64,000 bases of DNA, from the NCBI GenBank assembly GCA_965645245.1, contig OZ287076.1, positions 806,001 to 870,000 of the forward strand, in the 5' to 3' direction. Below the pieces are notes generated by a model. The model searched no databases, was not told where the DNA came from, and saw only the letters and a list, made by a program, of their open reading frames with translations. A program made the position numbers and the translations under genes. Source of the DNA: Massalongia carnosa (lineage: Eukaryota). Below are positions 24,701-37,470 of this stretch, piece after piece (the first letter of the stretch is position 1; each line of letters begins with the position of its first letter).

Positions 24701-27700
24701 TTTGGACTCGTAAACGGTTTGGCGGCGGCAAGTATTAAAATACGATTGTTGTTGATGCGTTTGACTTGCCCACAAGGTCTTGAACCTAAAAATGCTTTCG
24801 CCTGGATGCTGAGGACGCTATTTTACGATGTCGGTTCGTTTCTTGCCTTATGACCCAAGATTCTTCCCCTTGATTAAGCTTGAGCTAAGTAAATAGGTGT
24901 TCAAAGCCACAAATAGACCATCACGAGATGCCGCAAGATACTGCACATGCTTGCCCGCCCGGATGTGCTAACTAATCATTCCCAGCAACAAGGCAAGGCC
25001 ATTAAAGGCCATTAAAGGGGTTTTGCGGTGACTGAGCGGGTGAACTCCTAAATTTCACCTCCGTTTTGAACATAAGTATCACGCTCGTTTGCCAAAATTT
25101 TGACATGTTGCCCAGTGAAGATTATTGTTTGGTGATGGGAGCCAACCACCCGTCTTTTCGTGCAGGTGTCCATTCTAGGGCAGCTGTGTTGAGTATACAC
25201 ATTTCCCCTCGCCCGTAGGCTTATCTGTTTTCTTCTACATTACGTATACGTGGTTTGGGTTGATCTGTCGGAGGAATATCTAGAATCATGTATAAAAATT
25301 GAGTGGCCCTTGTAGCAAAAATCGATGGTTAGTGACTAGTTGAATTTTCCTACCTTTCGGATTCCTCTCGCTGAAGTTGTGAGAGTCTAGAGGTCTGTAG
25401 TCTCTGCCAAGGAACTGTTCGACGGAATGACATTCGCTGGTGAGAAAAGAGCAGCGGTCGTCAGAACGCATTATCACGCTGGTGGTCAAGGGGCCGGAAA
25501 TATATTTAGATGGTATTATTCATACGCCAGTCAGCCACTCAGTCGATGATGAAGTAGATAGTGAGCGGGCGACCATCCGAGTTCATGAGCCAACGTTAAC
25601 TATGGATGATTAGGCTGGATCATGTAATATTTTGGAAGTATCCCAGCAGCACTGGATGATCGCTTAGCTCCCATTTGTCACGGTTTAATAGTCATGGTAT
25701 TGTGGCGTATATGGATGTTTTGCTACAATCATATTGTAGCTCCATCGTTCTCATGATAAATCTACTCCATGTTATCGGCAAATTTTCATCCTGATTCCTC
25801 ATAACAAGATTCCAGACATCGTGAAAGACTAGAAACCTTTTAAAACGTGATTTGATTTGTGAAATGAAAACGCTGCGAACCTGATTAGACAAGAGAATTT
25901 CTAATATTTCTGATTTATCGTACAAAGTAATTCAGCGTGTCTTGATAGCCGCTAAAAACGACTTTATACGCCTCGAGTTTGTCGATGAGTCTTTAATGAA
26001 GGTTCAAGAACTCGGGTCTTTTGGCTTCCGTGAGACAAGAAATTCTTCCAATCTTCATGAGCAAAGTTGAAATCAGCTACACATCAATAGGGCAGTTATT
26101 TTCACTTTGTGAAGATTCTTGCCGTACACTCTAGCTACTTTCTCTTATATTTTCTTGCCTGGTAATGATTCCTTTGATATGCTTGTAATCTTTGGACCTA
26201 GGTAGTGTACTGGTCATGGATGAATAGGAAGTTATATTGCCCTCCTCCTTAAACATGTATTCTTAAAGAGGATTTGGAAAAACCGTAGAACGAAAAACTC
26301 GAAGCAACAACCCAAAAAATGGTGGGATGAAGAATTTCCCTCATGAGCTAAGGCTGACGTAAGAAGAGAGGAAATCATGAACTCTTTCGATTGGTATCCA
26401 CAAGTGTGTCAACAAAGTGGAGATATGTTAGGACATATATTAATATATGTAGCACGAAATCCAAATAGTTTAAGGAAGCCTCCAACCGAGAAAGATCAAG
26501 AAATATATCTAGAAATGTATGAGAGTAGTAACCTCTTCGAGGGAATCCCATCATTCATTTCCAAATTGGTAGAATAACAACCATGGCTCTTGTGCCATGC
26601 AAAGTTCGTAGGATTTTCGTATCCCTAAATATCTGCACCTTCACTCCTCAAAAAAGACGCATGTAATAGGTGGGGGTATCATCACGGTCTGCAGCATGCA
26701 GGTAGTAATCTGTACGACGATCGAGAGAGAAAGAGCTTTGTAGATGATGCTTGAATAGTTTTTTAGTAAGTATAACGCTAGTATAATCGAGTTTTCACTC
26801 TATCAAAAGATTCGCAAGTGATAACAGATAGTTTATATTAATGGGCGAAGCACAACTTTCGGACTTAACCGCCCAATATAATTCGAGGCCTTCTATGTTT
26901 GAGGCTGGGAACGGGGCGGACCGGAAGAGAAGGAGCTAGACGTGGGCGCAAATTGGCCGGCGCAGCACCGGGAGAGAAGGGAAGACGAAGAAGGGAAGAG
27001 GACGGAAGAGAAATTTTAGGATTTTGACCACTCACGGCCGCAAACGAAGGAACACCTGGCTCGTTAAGAGCACGATGGACTTCTTATAAGATTTGGTGGG
27101 CTATCGGGGGCTGTCTCCCAAAATTGTTGGTAAGCGAAGGCTACCAACGAGAGGGATGGGGCTCCCTACTAATCTTCTAAATATAGGGAGTGGTTTCTAA
27201 CTCTGGATCCAACCCGGAAGCTCACCATGGTTCCTAGCTGAGGTTCATTCCAATATTCGGGTAATCTGATGTGCTGGTAAGTACCTTGACAAATCCACAA
27301 GCTACTTCGCTAAGGGAGCTTCGTAGGTCGTTGTATAGGTTTTTGAGGAGGACTTATCGATGGTTCAGTAATAAGCGGGCTATAATTCTTTGGCGTTCGA
27401 GTAAGATGATACATACATTGCAATCTGAGATATATTCAGAGACGGCTAGAAAAGATGATATACTTTCTGATCAAGGCTCAGAGAGTAGAGCGGGATTAAA
27501 GGGAGAAGGGGAAGGTCTGACAACGGTGTTTTAATTATAGAGGCTGGGAGATCTCATCGACGATATGAGTATAACTATGTATGAGGGATGCCGCTTCCCC
27601 GATCTTCGATCTTCAATAGAGCCCTAATGTACCGGTATAGATAGGATAAGAAAGAAGCAGAGAAACTTTTCGCCAACTTCGAACCCAGATTCGATAGAGG

Positions 27701-28820
27701 GATCTAAGTTAATTAAGCAACACCAACATTAATTGTAACGAGGCTGTGGTCTTTCCCAGTCCCACACCGTCTGACAGAATCCATCGCCTAGAAGGGATAT
27801 CTTCCTAAAGAAATATAGAGAACAGATGGTCCTTTAAACACAAACTAATAGCCAATAACATATGTTGAAGAAAGAAAGGGATTATTCCTTCAACTACGGC
27901 ATAAATGGCGAGATCTGCGCCAGAAGAAAAAAAAAAGATCTGAAGATAAGTGAGAATATGGAAACCGAAACGAAAGAAGGGTGTGGAAGGAGGTAAATCA
28001 ACCAGGGTCTAATTGGTAAGCTAGAGTGAAGTAAATAAAGAGGGAGAGATAAACATTCTTGTATGTGCGATTGAGAATTTGGATTGAGAATTGCACTCAA
28101 TGTTGGCAATAGAAGAAGCGATGAAGGATGGTATAAGAGAAACGCACAGTTGGGCATAATGGAAATAAGTCACGTTCCGTTATAAATTCAAAGATTTGTA
28201 AAGAGTATATCTTAAGTCAAAATGGAGATTCTTCTTCGAGTCTTCATCTTTCGTTTAGTGGCTTTGAAAAAAAGCTTTATGTCTAAGTGAATTCATATTT
28301 TAGTTGTAGGGGAGGTTGACCTGAAAGTAGGTGAAAATTTCCAATCAAAGAGAACTAAAGGTCCAAGATCCAACTGGATGCCACCCGTAGAACTTGCTCT
28401 AACTATGGCTCCTAGTACTGGGCACGAGAGCTTAAAATGAAATACTCATCTGAGTCTAATGCAAATTTCTCACTGGCAACAGCGAGGACGAGGTTTTTAT
28501 GGGTAATGCGAAAGCCTAGCTACCGATTAAATAATCCGAAGAGCTAGAGGTGTCATAATCTTAAATAAAGCAAGTGCAGGGCCGTTGGGAGAAAGTTTTA
28601 TATCCTTCATGAAGAGCTCGGCAGTGTTCGCGGAGAAAACCTTCCCAGCTATCGTGTATAGCATTGCACATAGAGCCTTCGCGCCAATGGGGAGGTTGAA
28701 AATACCCACCAAGACCAACATGCCGAATATTGTGATTGGGAAGAGCCAGTTGTGATTAGATATATAGAGAAAATCCGGGTCGCTATGTCCCCAGCGTAGA
28801 AATCCACTCGAAGAAGATAC

Positions 28821-28974
28821 TGTCAGGCGATTAGGGGTCACATGACCCGCCATGGGTCACATGACCCACGAACCCCTATAAGATATCCCTCAGTTAGCTA
28901 GCCTAGACCTCCCATAGATCAATACACACCACTCCTTTTCACCCATATTCCACATTAGCCCATACAGCTTGATA
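28821..28974. mobile_element. Solo LTR (154 bp) of an LTR retrotransposon, with transition-mutated ends
   Basis: Starts TGTCAGG and ends CTTGATA (two transitions from CCTGACA, the perfect inverted repeat). Flanked by the 5-bp direct repeat GATAC (28816-28820 and 28975-28979). Internal doubled GGGTCACATGACCC, a TATAAG and an AATACA poly(A)-like motif. Confidence 0.8.
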
Positions 28975-31900
28975 GATACTTATTGCAAAGATGGGATGGT
29001 GCTGGTTCTGATCCCGGCTTCATAGAATAATATCAGTGCCCCCTGATATAGCCGCTGCAGGCCTGTTGAGAAGGAGGAACCTTGTCGTCAAAAATGCACG
29101 CAGGCGTCACAAGTAGGGATTTTGCCGACGTAATAGCCAGGGAGAGAGGTTGGTAGACAGCTCCGTCGATTTTAATGAAGTGCCGTTGAAGAATTCGTCG
29201 TGCTCTACCAAGGCTCAAGACAGCGTTGACGGCATTAAAAACGCTCTTGATTTTGGGGTGACCCCATGCCAATCTACGAACCAAAAGTAAAATGCCCCAC
29301 CTAATAAGAGATTGTGTAGAAGCTGAAAGGATGAAGAGTTCTCCTCAGAGCAACAAGCAATAAATGCCGATCTCTTAGAGGAAGCCTTAATGACTGATTG
29401 AGCAAATAAATGGCTCAATATCTAATTGCAGAAGGAAAGGGGTTGGTCAAAATCTGATATTCCATTCAATAGATGACTTGGAAGCAGCCCTAGACGCCAC
29501 GGATTCTACCTTCACTACCGCAGAGGTAGCTGTTGTGCGGATGATTCGTGAGGAGACAGATAACGCTGAATTTAGATAAGAAGTTGCCAGGGCTAGGCGT
29601 ATCTACAGAGAAATCGACGTGAACCCCAACAGTAGTTCACCACGAAGAAGTGAAACCGAGCTAATATCAAGCTATACCATCTTCAAACCTCGACTAGGAA
29701 ATAAAGCCAGAGAACTTCCTGAGGATGAGGAATGTTGCTCTTGCGGTCCTACGAGAACGCAGGAATCAGTTGTTTCTGCTTCAGTAGTGATATGGTGATG
29801 CCACGAGGAGGTGCTCAGAAGGCAGGAAGGTATCTTTCCTATTTAGTTAGCTCAATTAGCCTTGATAAAACCGGTCTTTCGACCTGTAGAAATGATCATC
29901 TGTTCATCTACCTTCGAGGACTTCTTGGGGCATCATTCTTCTGGGGACCACGGTGCTTCTACACAGTAAATCCGAACACCCTAAGCTAGTTAAGCAAGAT
30001 GAGCTTGCCCACTTTGGGAGTAGCCTAAGTGCGCAAAGTGCTTCTGATTGGAGTTGGATAGGAGTTGGATAGGTTTCCGGCTTTGATATAAAGGAGATAA
30101 AACCAACGAATTGGAAGGTAGCACGGATACAACCCCTGAATCTTGGAGTACCATAGCCTGTTTCTGACTAGTAGAGCCACCGCTTCAAACGATACGGTGA
30201 CGGAACTCTTTCATAGAGACGGAATTCGAGACTAAAGCAAGAAAAAAAAAACAGAGAGAAAACCTTCTTTAAGAGGAGGAGGGTACAAAGCTGTCGACGA
30301 CTTGGCTTAATAAATAGAAGATCTGTCGAGTTTAGAAGCTAGGCATGTATAAATTTCATAACTTCCTTCCTGCTCGGCCTAGTTATATTGGCCTCCTCCT
30401 TTGGCGGTTCAACTATCTCTTCTCGAGTGGTAAAATCCAAGTACGATAGCAAGGAATATAGAAATTGATTATTTACTAAGAGGGTATGAAGCGATCTGTA
30501 AAACCCTGTTAGGGAAGATACTATGTCAGGTGATGAATGAGAATGTTCCTGAAAACCACACTCCCAAAAGGTTTACTTCCCCAAAATGGCAAAAGAGTTT
30601 CAAGGTAGGGGCTAGTGATGCTTCCTAACCCATGACACCGGGATTCAGCAGGTCATGAATGACCAGCTTCTATCGAGCCTGCGTGTGAGAGGAGTTCAGG
30701 GACCAGCCACTAACTTGTACGTCTCTGTGCCCTCTGAAGCCTTCTTTTGATAGTTGAGAATATTCTTCGAACCCCTGCGATCAGCGGGGCTCCAACCGAC
30801 GAGGTGTGCGTTTGCGAAGTGTGAAAGATTACACACATGCAAGGTTAGATTTATTTTTAGGCAGGCGAGGGGGACAAATAATTCGATTCGAAGTGTATTA
30901 TGCTATGGATGTTGTGATGCCTGTTTTCTTGCTTTTCTTTCTAGCATGGGTTAGCTCGGACTCGAAGGATATGTACGGCAAGTGTCATACCACCATCTCT
31001 ATTTGATGCGATTCTATGCTACATTGGTACTTATCATGATCTGCCTTGCTAGAAGCATGGCAAAATTTCCTTCGATTTTCCTTTTAACTCTAACCTAATA
31101 ATTCATTCTAGGACTTGCCGGTAGGCTCCATGACCCCTTTTTCATCTTTATCTTCTTTGCCTCGTTTCGTTGTCTTGGTCAGTTTCCCCCCCTCTTTCCG
31201 CTAGCTGATACATGATGAAGACGCCAGAGCTAAAGAAATGGGAAAGGGGACAAGTCGACAAATAGTCATTTGGCTGAGAAGAGTACCTACGAAATTGGAT
31301 GGCAGGCGGCTGAATAGCTGGCTCCTAACATCGCAGGGCAATTGGTTAGCTGGAAGAGCAAACTGATAGATGGAAGACGAGAGAAAAAAAAGGTAAGAAT
31401 ATGGAAACTATCAAATAGCTCGTTATAAGAAGGCATGGTTAGTCAGACAGGCAGACAAATTTTTTCTTTTTTTAAAAAGCAAGCACAGGGAAAAAAGATA
31501 GCTCTCTGACTCCCACAAAGCTATTTGCCAATATAATATTTTCCTTCTTCGGCTCCACAACTAGATTTGTCAAACCCATCACCAGACCTTCCTCAACGAA
31601 AGCCATTCCTAATCCAGTCAAACAGCAACCTGTTTTGTGGAACAACCAAAAACGATACAGAAAGCTACAAGACTCTGGCATCCCTGATTCCATTTCGCTG
31701 CAGCAGGCTCCAGTATGACTCTTCGCCTTGAACCTGGAGATTTGCGAGCGATTGCAGAGCTACGCGAAGTTGCCTCCGAGCGACCCGTGGGACCGTTAAG
31801 GTGGAGCTTGAAACCTGCAATGAGTTCAGCCTCCGCCTTCGCCTCCGCCTCCGCCTCCAAGTGCAGGTGCAGGTGCAGGTATATGGGTAACTTCAGCTCC

Positions 31901-32339
31901 TCCACGGAACGCATACATCCTGGTATTTGTAGAAGGTTAATCCAATAAACTGTACAGTTGAGGGGAGAAGGCGCTGTATAGGCTTTGGATAGCACTGACT
32001 AGTTAAGGAGTTAAGGGCGGATTTCTGTTTATTAAATGTAACATTTTTCTTTGTCTCAAGCATGGAATTCTCAGCATAATTCCTGCAAACCCTTTTGGTC
32101 TATAGAAAGATTGCTAAAAACATGTATTCTCAGTATCCGATCTTGCTCTTGCTCGAATGATCCAGTCCCATCATAATGCTTACACTGCCTTAACCTTATC
32201 ATTCTCCTGTTCTGGCTTCCTGAATATTTTTTGTAGCTTGATGGGAGTTAGTTCGGCCGGGGCAATGCGAGTTCTTAGTATCGAAGATGGCAGAAACTGG
32301 AATGCTGGGTACCCTAAAACCATCAACTCGGAAAGTTTC

Positions 32340-33290
32340 TCACCTGAATTTTGAAAGGGGAATCAAATTTGTTGAACCTTGTGCCTCCATCCTTCTACCG
32401 TGTTTGAATGTCTCATAGCAATTTTCCCACAGTTTTGCGCTGCTGTACAACATATTTCGAGTGCTTATATCAAGAGTTCCCTTAAGGTCGAAAGCGAGCG
32501 TACAAGCGATAATTCCTGTTATAATCATAGTATAGCAAGAGCGAAAAACTTGAGAGTACCCATGGTGCTCTAAAGCGACTGTAATATTGTAAGCACGTTT
32601 CTTCCAGGCGGTTTTTGGGGCTTGTCATTCAGTACAGAAAGCCAAAGGCAGATAGGAGACGTTCACATATGTCAATAGCTTGAAATTTTTACGGAGGTGG
32701 TGCGAGGCTTTGTTCTTGAGGACAGTGCTTGCTGCAAAAAGCTGGTTCCAGTAAGTCTTTGCCATATTGTGCTCAATAACTGTCGGAGAGGCCTTACTGC
32801 ATCCTTTACGGCAAGTGCTTTGTTCCGTTGGTTTTCTAATTGGTTGCGTATGTGTTCCAGCTTCAAGGCTAAATGATTGAACTCTTTCACCCCAGCGAGA
32901 AGCAATTCGTGTTTCTGTGCATTCCTTTAGTCTTGAGAATGCTCGCGAAGTTCGATAAATCGGAAATGGATTGACTTACAAGCATCAATAGTGGAGGAGA
33001 TTTGCAATTCAAAGGTATGTAAACTATTGATGAGCCAGAAGTATTTTCGAGACTTAGTTAAGATCTCATCATCAAAGAGCAGCCTATCATGCTTTGTCAG
33101 GCGAAAAGATTTTGGCGTTGAATCTAGAAGATTGTCGGCATGGGGATGAGTGCTACTCCACCCGTTCTAGAGCCACGATCAATGGATCCTTGGTGAAGTC
33201 AAGCATAGTGATTAGATATTACTGCTTTGACGTATTATTGCACCTGCGTCAATGCAGGCATCCCTCCAGATTCTCTTAGAAGAATAATGA
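32340..33290 (-). pseudogene. Pseudogene of a fungal CorA-like (Mg2+ transporter-like C-terminal domain) protein
   Basis: Readable blocks HDRLLFDDEILTKSRKYFWLINSL (~33020-33091), a coiled-coil ...ALAVKDA|intron|LFAASTVLKNKASHHLRKNFKLLTYVNVSYLPLAFCT, then SL*S (TGG>TAG at 32570-32572) and a frameshifted second TM (MIITGIIACTLAF). Several stops and frameshifts; boundaries approximate. Confidence 0.65.
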
Positions 33291-33492
33291 AATGGTCATA
33301 TGCGCAAAAATGCCTCTGAGCGGTCAGACCACGCCTTTAGATGGCGCAGCGGGAGAATGCTCTCTAGTAGAGTTATTGTTCTGATCATCCACTACTAATA
33401 TGTACCCAGCCAGTTCCACATTCTGCAGTTTTGTACTACATCTTCAAAACCGAAGGGCTATGCATGAATAAACCGAGCTATGAGAATGACCG

Positions 33493-34260
33493 CTATTTAT
33501 CCCTAGATTGTAAATACTGATTTATTTCGGCCTCAACGACAGCAGCATCCGATTTGCCAACTCCAATGAGATTGAAGCTTCGTGATCGCCGTGTAGATCC
33601 ATGGGACCCACGTGGATGGACATAGCTGATGCCGAAATGATTTAGCGAGAGCAGTAAATGGGCTACCCGACGATAGCCATCCAATTGGGAAGAGTGAAAC
33701 CCCGGACCTTCATAATGAGACTGGATCTCGAGGCTCTGCAGCCCTTCTAACGTGGCCAGGGCAGTCCAAAAAGCATCTTCCTTACCGAAATAAACATATG
33801 GAGATGCTATGATTCTTAATGATCTCATCTGGTGGCGACAATGTGCTGGAACCACATCACAAAAGGCCTTGAGGTCACGCCGCCTAAACTCGAAGGTGTT
33901 ATTCCCATAGTACATCCCCAAGCCTTCTGCGTAGGCTTGTCGGCAAGTGAGTAAGAAGCTAAAACGCGAAATTTGGCCTTTCATATTTCTCGCCCTAATA
34001 ACGTGAACTGGACTAATAAGATGACCAGAGCTGGTTCTGTGCAGTTTCCTGTCGCACTTGGCAAAGGAGGCTGGATTTGTGACAACTCGATGGCCTGGTT
34101 GTATGAGGACGAGCGACATGATATGGTTGCGGATTTCTGGAGGTAAAGAGAAGAGGCGAGATGGAGCTGGAAAGTTGTGAGCGTGTATTCTCGAGGGACA
34201 GGCTGAAGCATGCATGATCAGGTTTTGTGGAAGGTAATATCTATTAACTTGCTTCTGCAT
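33493..34260 (-). CDS. Hypothetical protein with an N-terminal F-box-like motif (DUF7730/2EXR-like), 255 aa; possibly 5'-truncated
   Basis: SRLFSLPPEIRNHIMSLVL ... FLLTCRQAYAEGLGMYYGNNTFEF ... MRSLRI ... LEGLQSLEI, a pattern typical of expanded fungal F-box-like families. Confidence 0.7.
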   Translation of the reverse strand: MQKQVNRYYLPQNLIMHASACPSRIHAHNFPAPSRLFSLPPEIRNHIMSLVLIQPGHRVVTNPASFAKCDRKLHRTSSGHLISPVHVIRARNMKGQISRFSFLLTCRQAYAEGLGMYYGNNTFEFRRRDLKAFCDVVPAHCRHQMRSLRIIASPYVYFGKEDAFWTALATLEGLQSLEIQSHYEGPGFHSSQLDGYRRVAHLLLSLNHFGISYVHPRGSHGSTRRSRSFNLIGVGKSDAAVVEAEINQYLQSRDK

Positions 34261-35556
34261 CTCTTTTTGAGACCCACGGTAGCTCCATATGAATGAAACT
34301 GAAGAAGCTGCTTCATAATAGTCTTATCTAATACGTGCGACACTTCATTCCTGGCTGATGATTGTACCATTGTCATGTGTGCTAGTGTCATGAGGATATC
34401 ACCTGGCTTTTACAGCGAAGGAACCCAATCCACGAGTATATCCTTGCCTTCCAATGGAGTATATCGTTTCAATCGTCGATTTGACAACGGGGTTTCAAGA
34501 CTAGGATGATTATCAACTGTCGTCTGCTCCATATGTCATAGTTGCAACGCAGGTGACTAGGCTAGGAAGCGAAGTCTTGGTAAAAAGATAGAAATCTATC
34601 TTGCCTCACCGATCGAGCATCAGGTGAGCGCCGCCTTATTGCACGACGCGGATGATCGTCCCTGAATGATACAATAACATGATAGTATCATGAATGATAA
34701 AATATCCTAATAATATTTTAACTAATAATGTCTCAACAGATTCTCAAGAACATGTTCACGTATCTATTGTTTTTAAGATATTTTGCCTTACCTAGGAGAA
34801 CATGTGATTTGCACATGGGATGAAGATGTAAAGGGAGTGAACCATGGACTAAGACCATTTCTTGTGAATGACTTCTCGCTCTAGTTTCTACCTCATCAGC
34901 TCCATCTTCTTAATCTTCATAACCTTAACCTACGTCTTTTAATCCTATATCTTATAAACAGTCATCTTCTGAACAGCTACCGTCTGAACTTTCATATTCT
35001 GAAGCTTCTTCACCTTCTCTAGAGGCTTCTATAACATCTCACATCGATCTCCAAACTCTCCTCTAACTTGCTCAAGTGCTGTACCTACTCTACATTAACA
35101 GACCTTACTTTCCCTACCTCTAATTTATATCCCGGATAAACACCACTTATTATTATTATTAATTCATTAAGCGTATGCATCCTAAGGATATGACGCTGTG
35201 ACTGCTATTTATGTACATAAACAACAGTCAGGAAGTGGAAACCTGGCCCCCAGGGTAAAACCACTCCCTTGTTCCATGTTGAACGCAACGAGACCGTCCT
35301 TCTACCACGCGGTGCATACACCCAGATCTTCAAGCGCTAGGAATCCTATAGACTCGATGAACTAGACAGTGTATTTCCACACGTTCGACGAACGTTCTTT
35401 CTCTTTAAACGTTTTGATTCAATGGAGGAAAGACTGGCCGTGATCGAGGGCAGATCGTGGTGTCGTATAAATAATTTTCTGAGTTCCCAACCCTATCGTC
35501 TTCGTCCCGCTTTATTTTCGTTAAGACGTAGGCTTCAAATACTGAGAATTTCGAGA

Positions 35557-37470
35557 ATGAATCAACCAGAGCAAAGCGGTCTAGGTAGACGTAATTTGGG
35601 TAGAGATAAGACCAAGTCTATCCCTAGCCTTGGACCTGCAGCACCGGCTCGCCGGCCCACTTCATCATCAAAGTCCTACAATCTAGTGGTATGTGGTGTC
35701 AAAAATGCTAGTGATGGCTTCATTTTCAGCGATTTCATGGGATACTGCTTTGCTCTAATGGAGGGGGGGATCTTTGGGGACTTCTATAACTGTTTGCCTT
35801 TGGACAAACATTTTGAGTGGCTCAACGAAACCGCTCCGGGTGTAACCAGTATCAAATTTGGCAAAGTCAGCACGTTTTCTACTGAAGGGCTAGTAACATA
35901 TACAAAGCAGCAGTATGAATCACGGCAGTACTTCTGGAAACAAATCGGCCCAGCAACGGTATGTTTCTCTTACCTTGGCAGTTATTCTGCAGCCGCTGAC
36001 GAGTCGCTGTAGCTCAAAGACGAAGTCTTTAGATGAATTAATAGGAAGGCAAGAGAAGTAGTTCATGGGGATGTTGTCAATATTATAATCGAGTGCCATG
36101 GGTCAAGCGGACGCGGCCTCGTGCTCGGATCGAATGATCTTTCACCAAGCGCTATGAGAGACTTCTTGAGTCAATTTGCTCCGAGCGTCCAGGTTAACAT
36201 GATTACCGGCGCCTGTCATTCCGGTGCAATCGTTGATGCAATTGCCATCTCGGGACAGAAGACAAGGTATATCGCTGCCGCGTGTACAAAGGATCAAATA
36301 GCCACCAGCCAGACGAGGTCTGGCAGCAACAGGATACGAAACAGCAAGTTCTCCCAAGCATTCTATCAATCACTCGCAAGAATAAAGATGCCGGGAATTC
36401 TACAGCAGCCTGCAAACCGCTTCGGCGAACATGAAACATGGATAGCATTAATGACATACAGGTGTATCAGTCTGAAGCATCCTCATGGATTAGATACATA
36501 CAATTCCTATGCCGAGCCAAGCGATCTTTCCAAACTTGTGGAGCACATGATCTTTCGGGAGAAGATCGATGTCGTATATGACCCTGCAGTAGCGGCCAGC
36601 AGACGACGCATTGAATACCCTACTATAAATGGGCCCCTTTGGGAGACATTTAGAGCGCATGGGCCCGACAATCCATATCCCCACGGCAACCCAGTGAAGT
36701 TGGAGGTACAAGCAATCGTCGAATTTGAAGTTGCAAAATGCGATCCAAGCTTTCCCTTAGCATGTGACTTTGCCATCTTTGAAGAGACCACATTCCAGAA
36801 AGCTCACGAACCAGACTTTACGGGTCTACTCCAGGCGCTCTACTGGCGTGGGCGGGTTCAGAACGCTGTGCTCGATGTGTTCACCATGCTCTGCGAACGG
36901 AGATTCCTTGATCCAGAGTGTCTAGTGGCGCCAATTCATATTTATTCAGTCACCACACAACCAGTGATGCTGGGTTGGTTGTTGAGTTGCTTTAAGGGTC
37001 CTCACATGGAGAGGAAGATAGACCCACCTTTCAAATACCACCACAATCTGTTTGAGCTGCCAATTACCTAGCTCACTACAATGATACTCCGCGGCAGTTC
37101 AGATATCGTTGGGCTCCTGGAGACTATTGAGGAGTCTGGCTTTCTAGGAGAACTCATCCAGAAGGCCTTTGATGAATGGGCCTCTGAAACCGAAATGACC
37201 AACTTTGCAATCAATACCCGAGAAATGGAGGCGCCTCCTCTCTTGCCCAGCGCCTTTGGATTCTGGCTTCCTCATGGTCTACAAACGACCGACGGGAATG
37301 AATTTGCAACCCGATATCACACTTTTGTCAACCAATTTAACCGCATTGAAACCGCTTTCAAGTCCTATTTTCAAGTGTCAGACGAGGACATATGGCTCGA
37401 GTCTCAGTCGATACCCTCAGAGGCTACCTGGTCACAGATTCAGCGGCTCTTGGACCCCGCCAAGTTCTAG
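35557..37470 (+). pseudogene. Caspase/metacaspase-fold (clan CD) protease-like gene, ~620 codons, two in-frame stops
   Basis: ATG at 35557; intron 35959-36012 (GTATGT...GCTGAC...TAG). One continuous frame with TGA at 36034-36036 and TAG at 37069-37071. Dyad-like motifs VNIIIECHG (His codon 36097) and VNMITGACHSG (Cys codon 36214). Confidence 0.65.

Noticed and set aside
22300..25000. Short ORFs as real genes
   Set aside because: Fragmentary, stop-ridden and without recognisable motifs; probably decayed sequence of unknown origin.
25450..26120. Degenerate NACHT/NLR remnant on the minus strand (TIYFIID resembling Walker B; IDKLEAYK as a mutated Walker A)
   Set aside because: Needs several assumed back-mutations and frameshifts; not supportable without a profile search.
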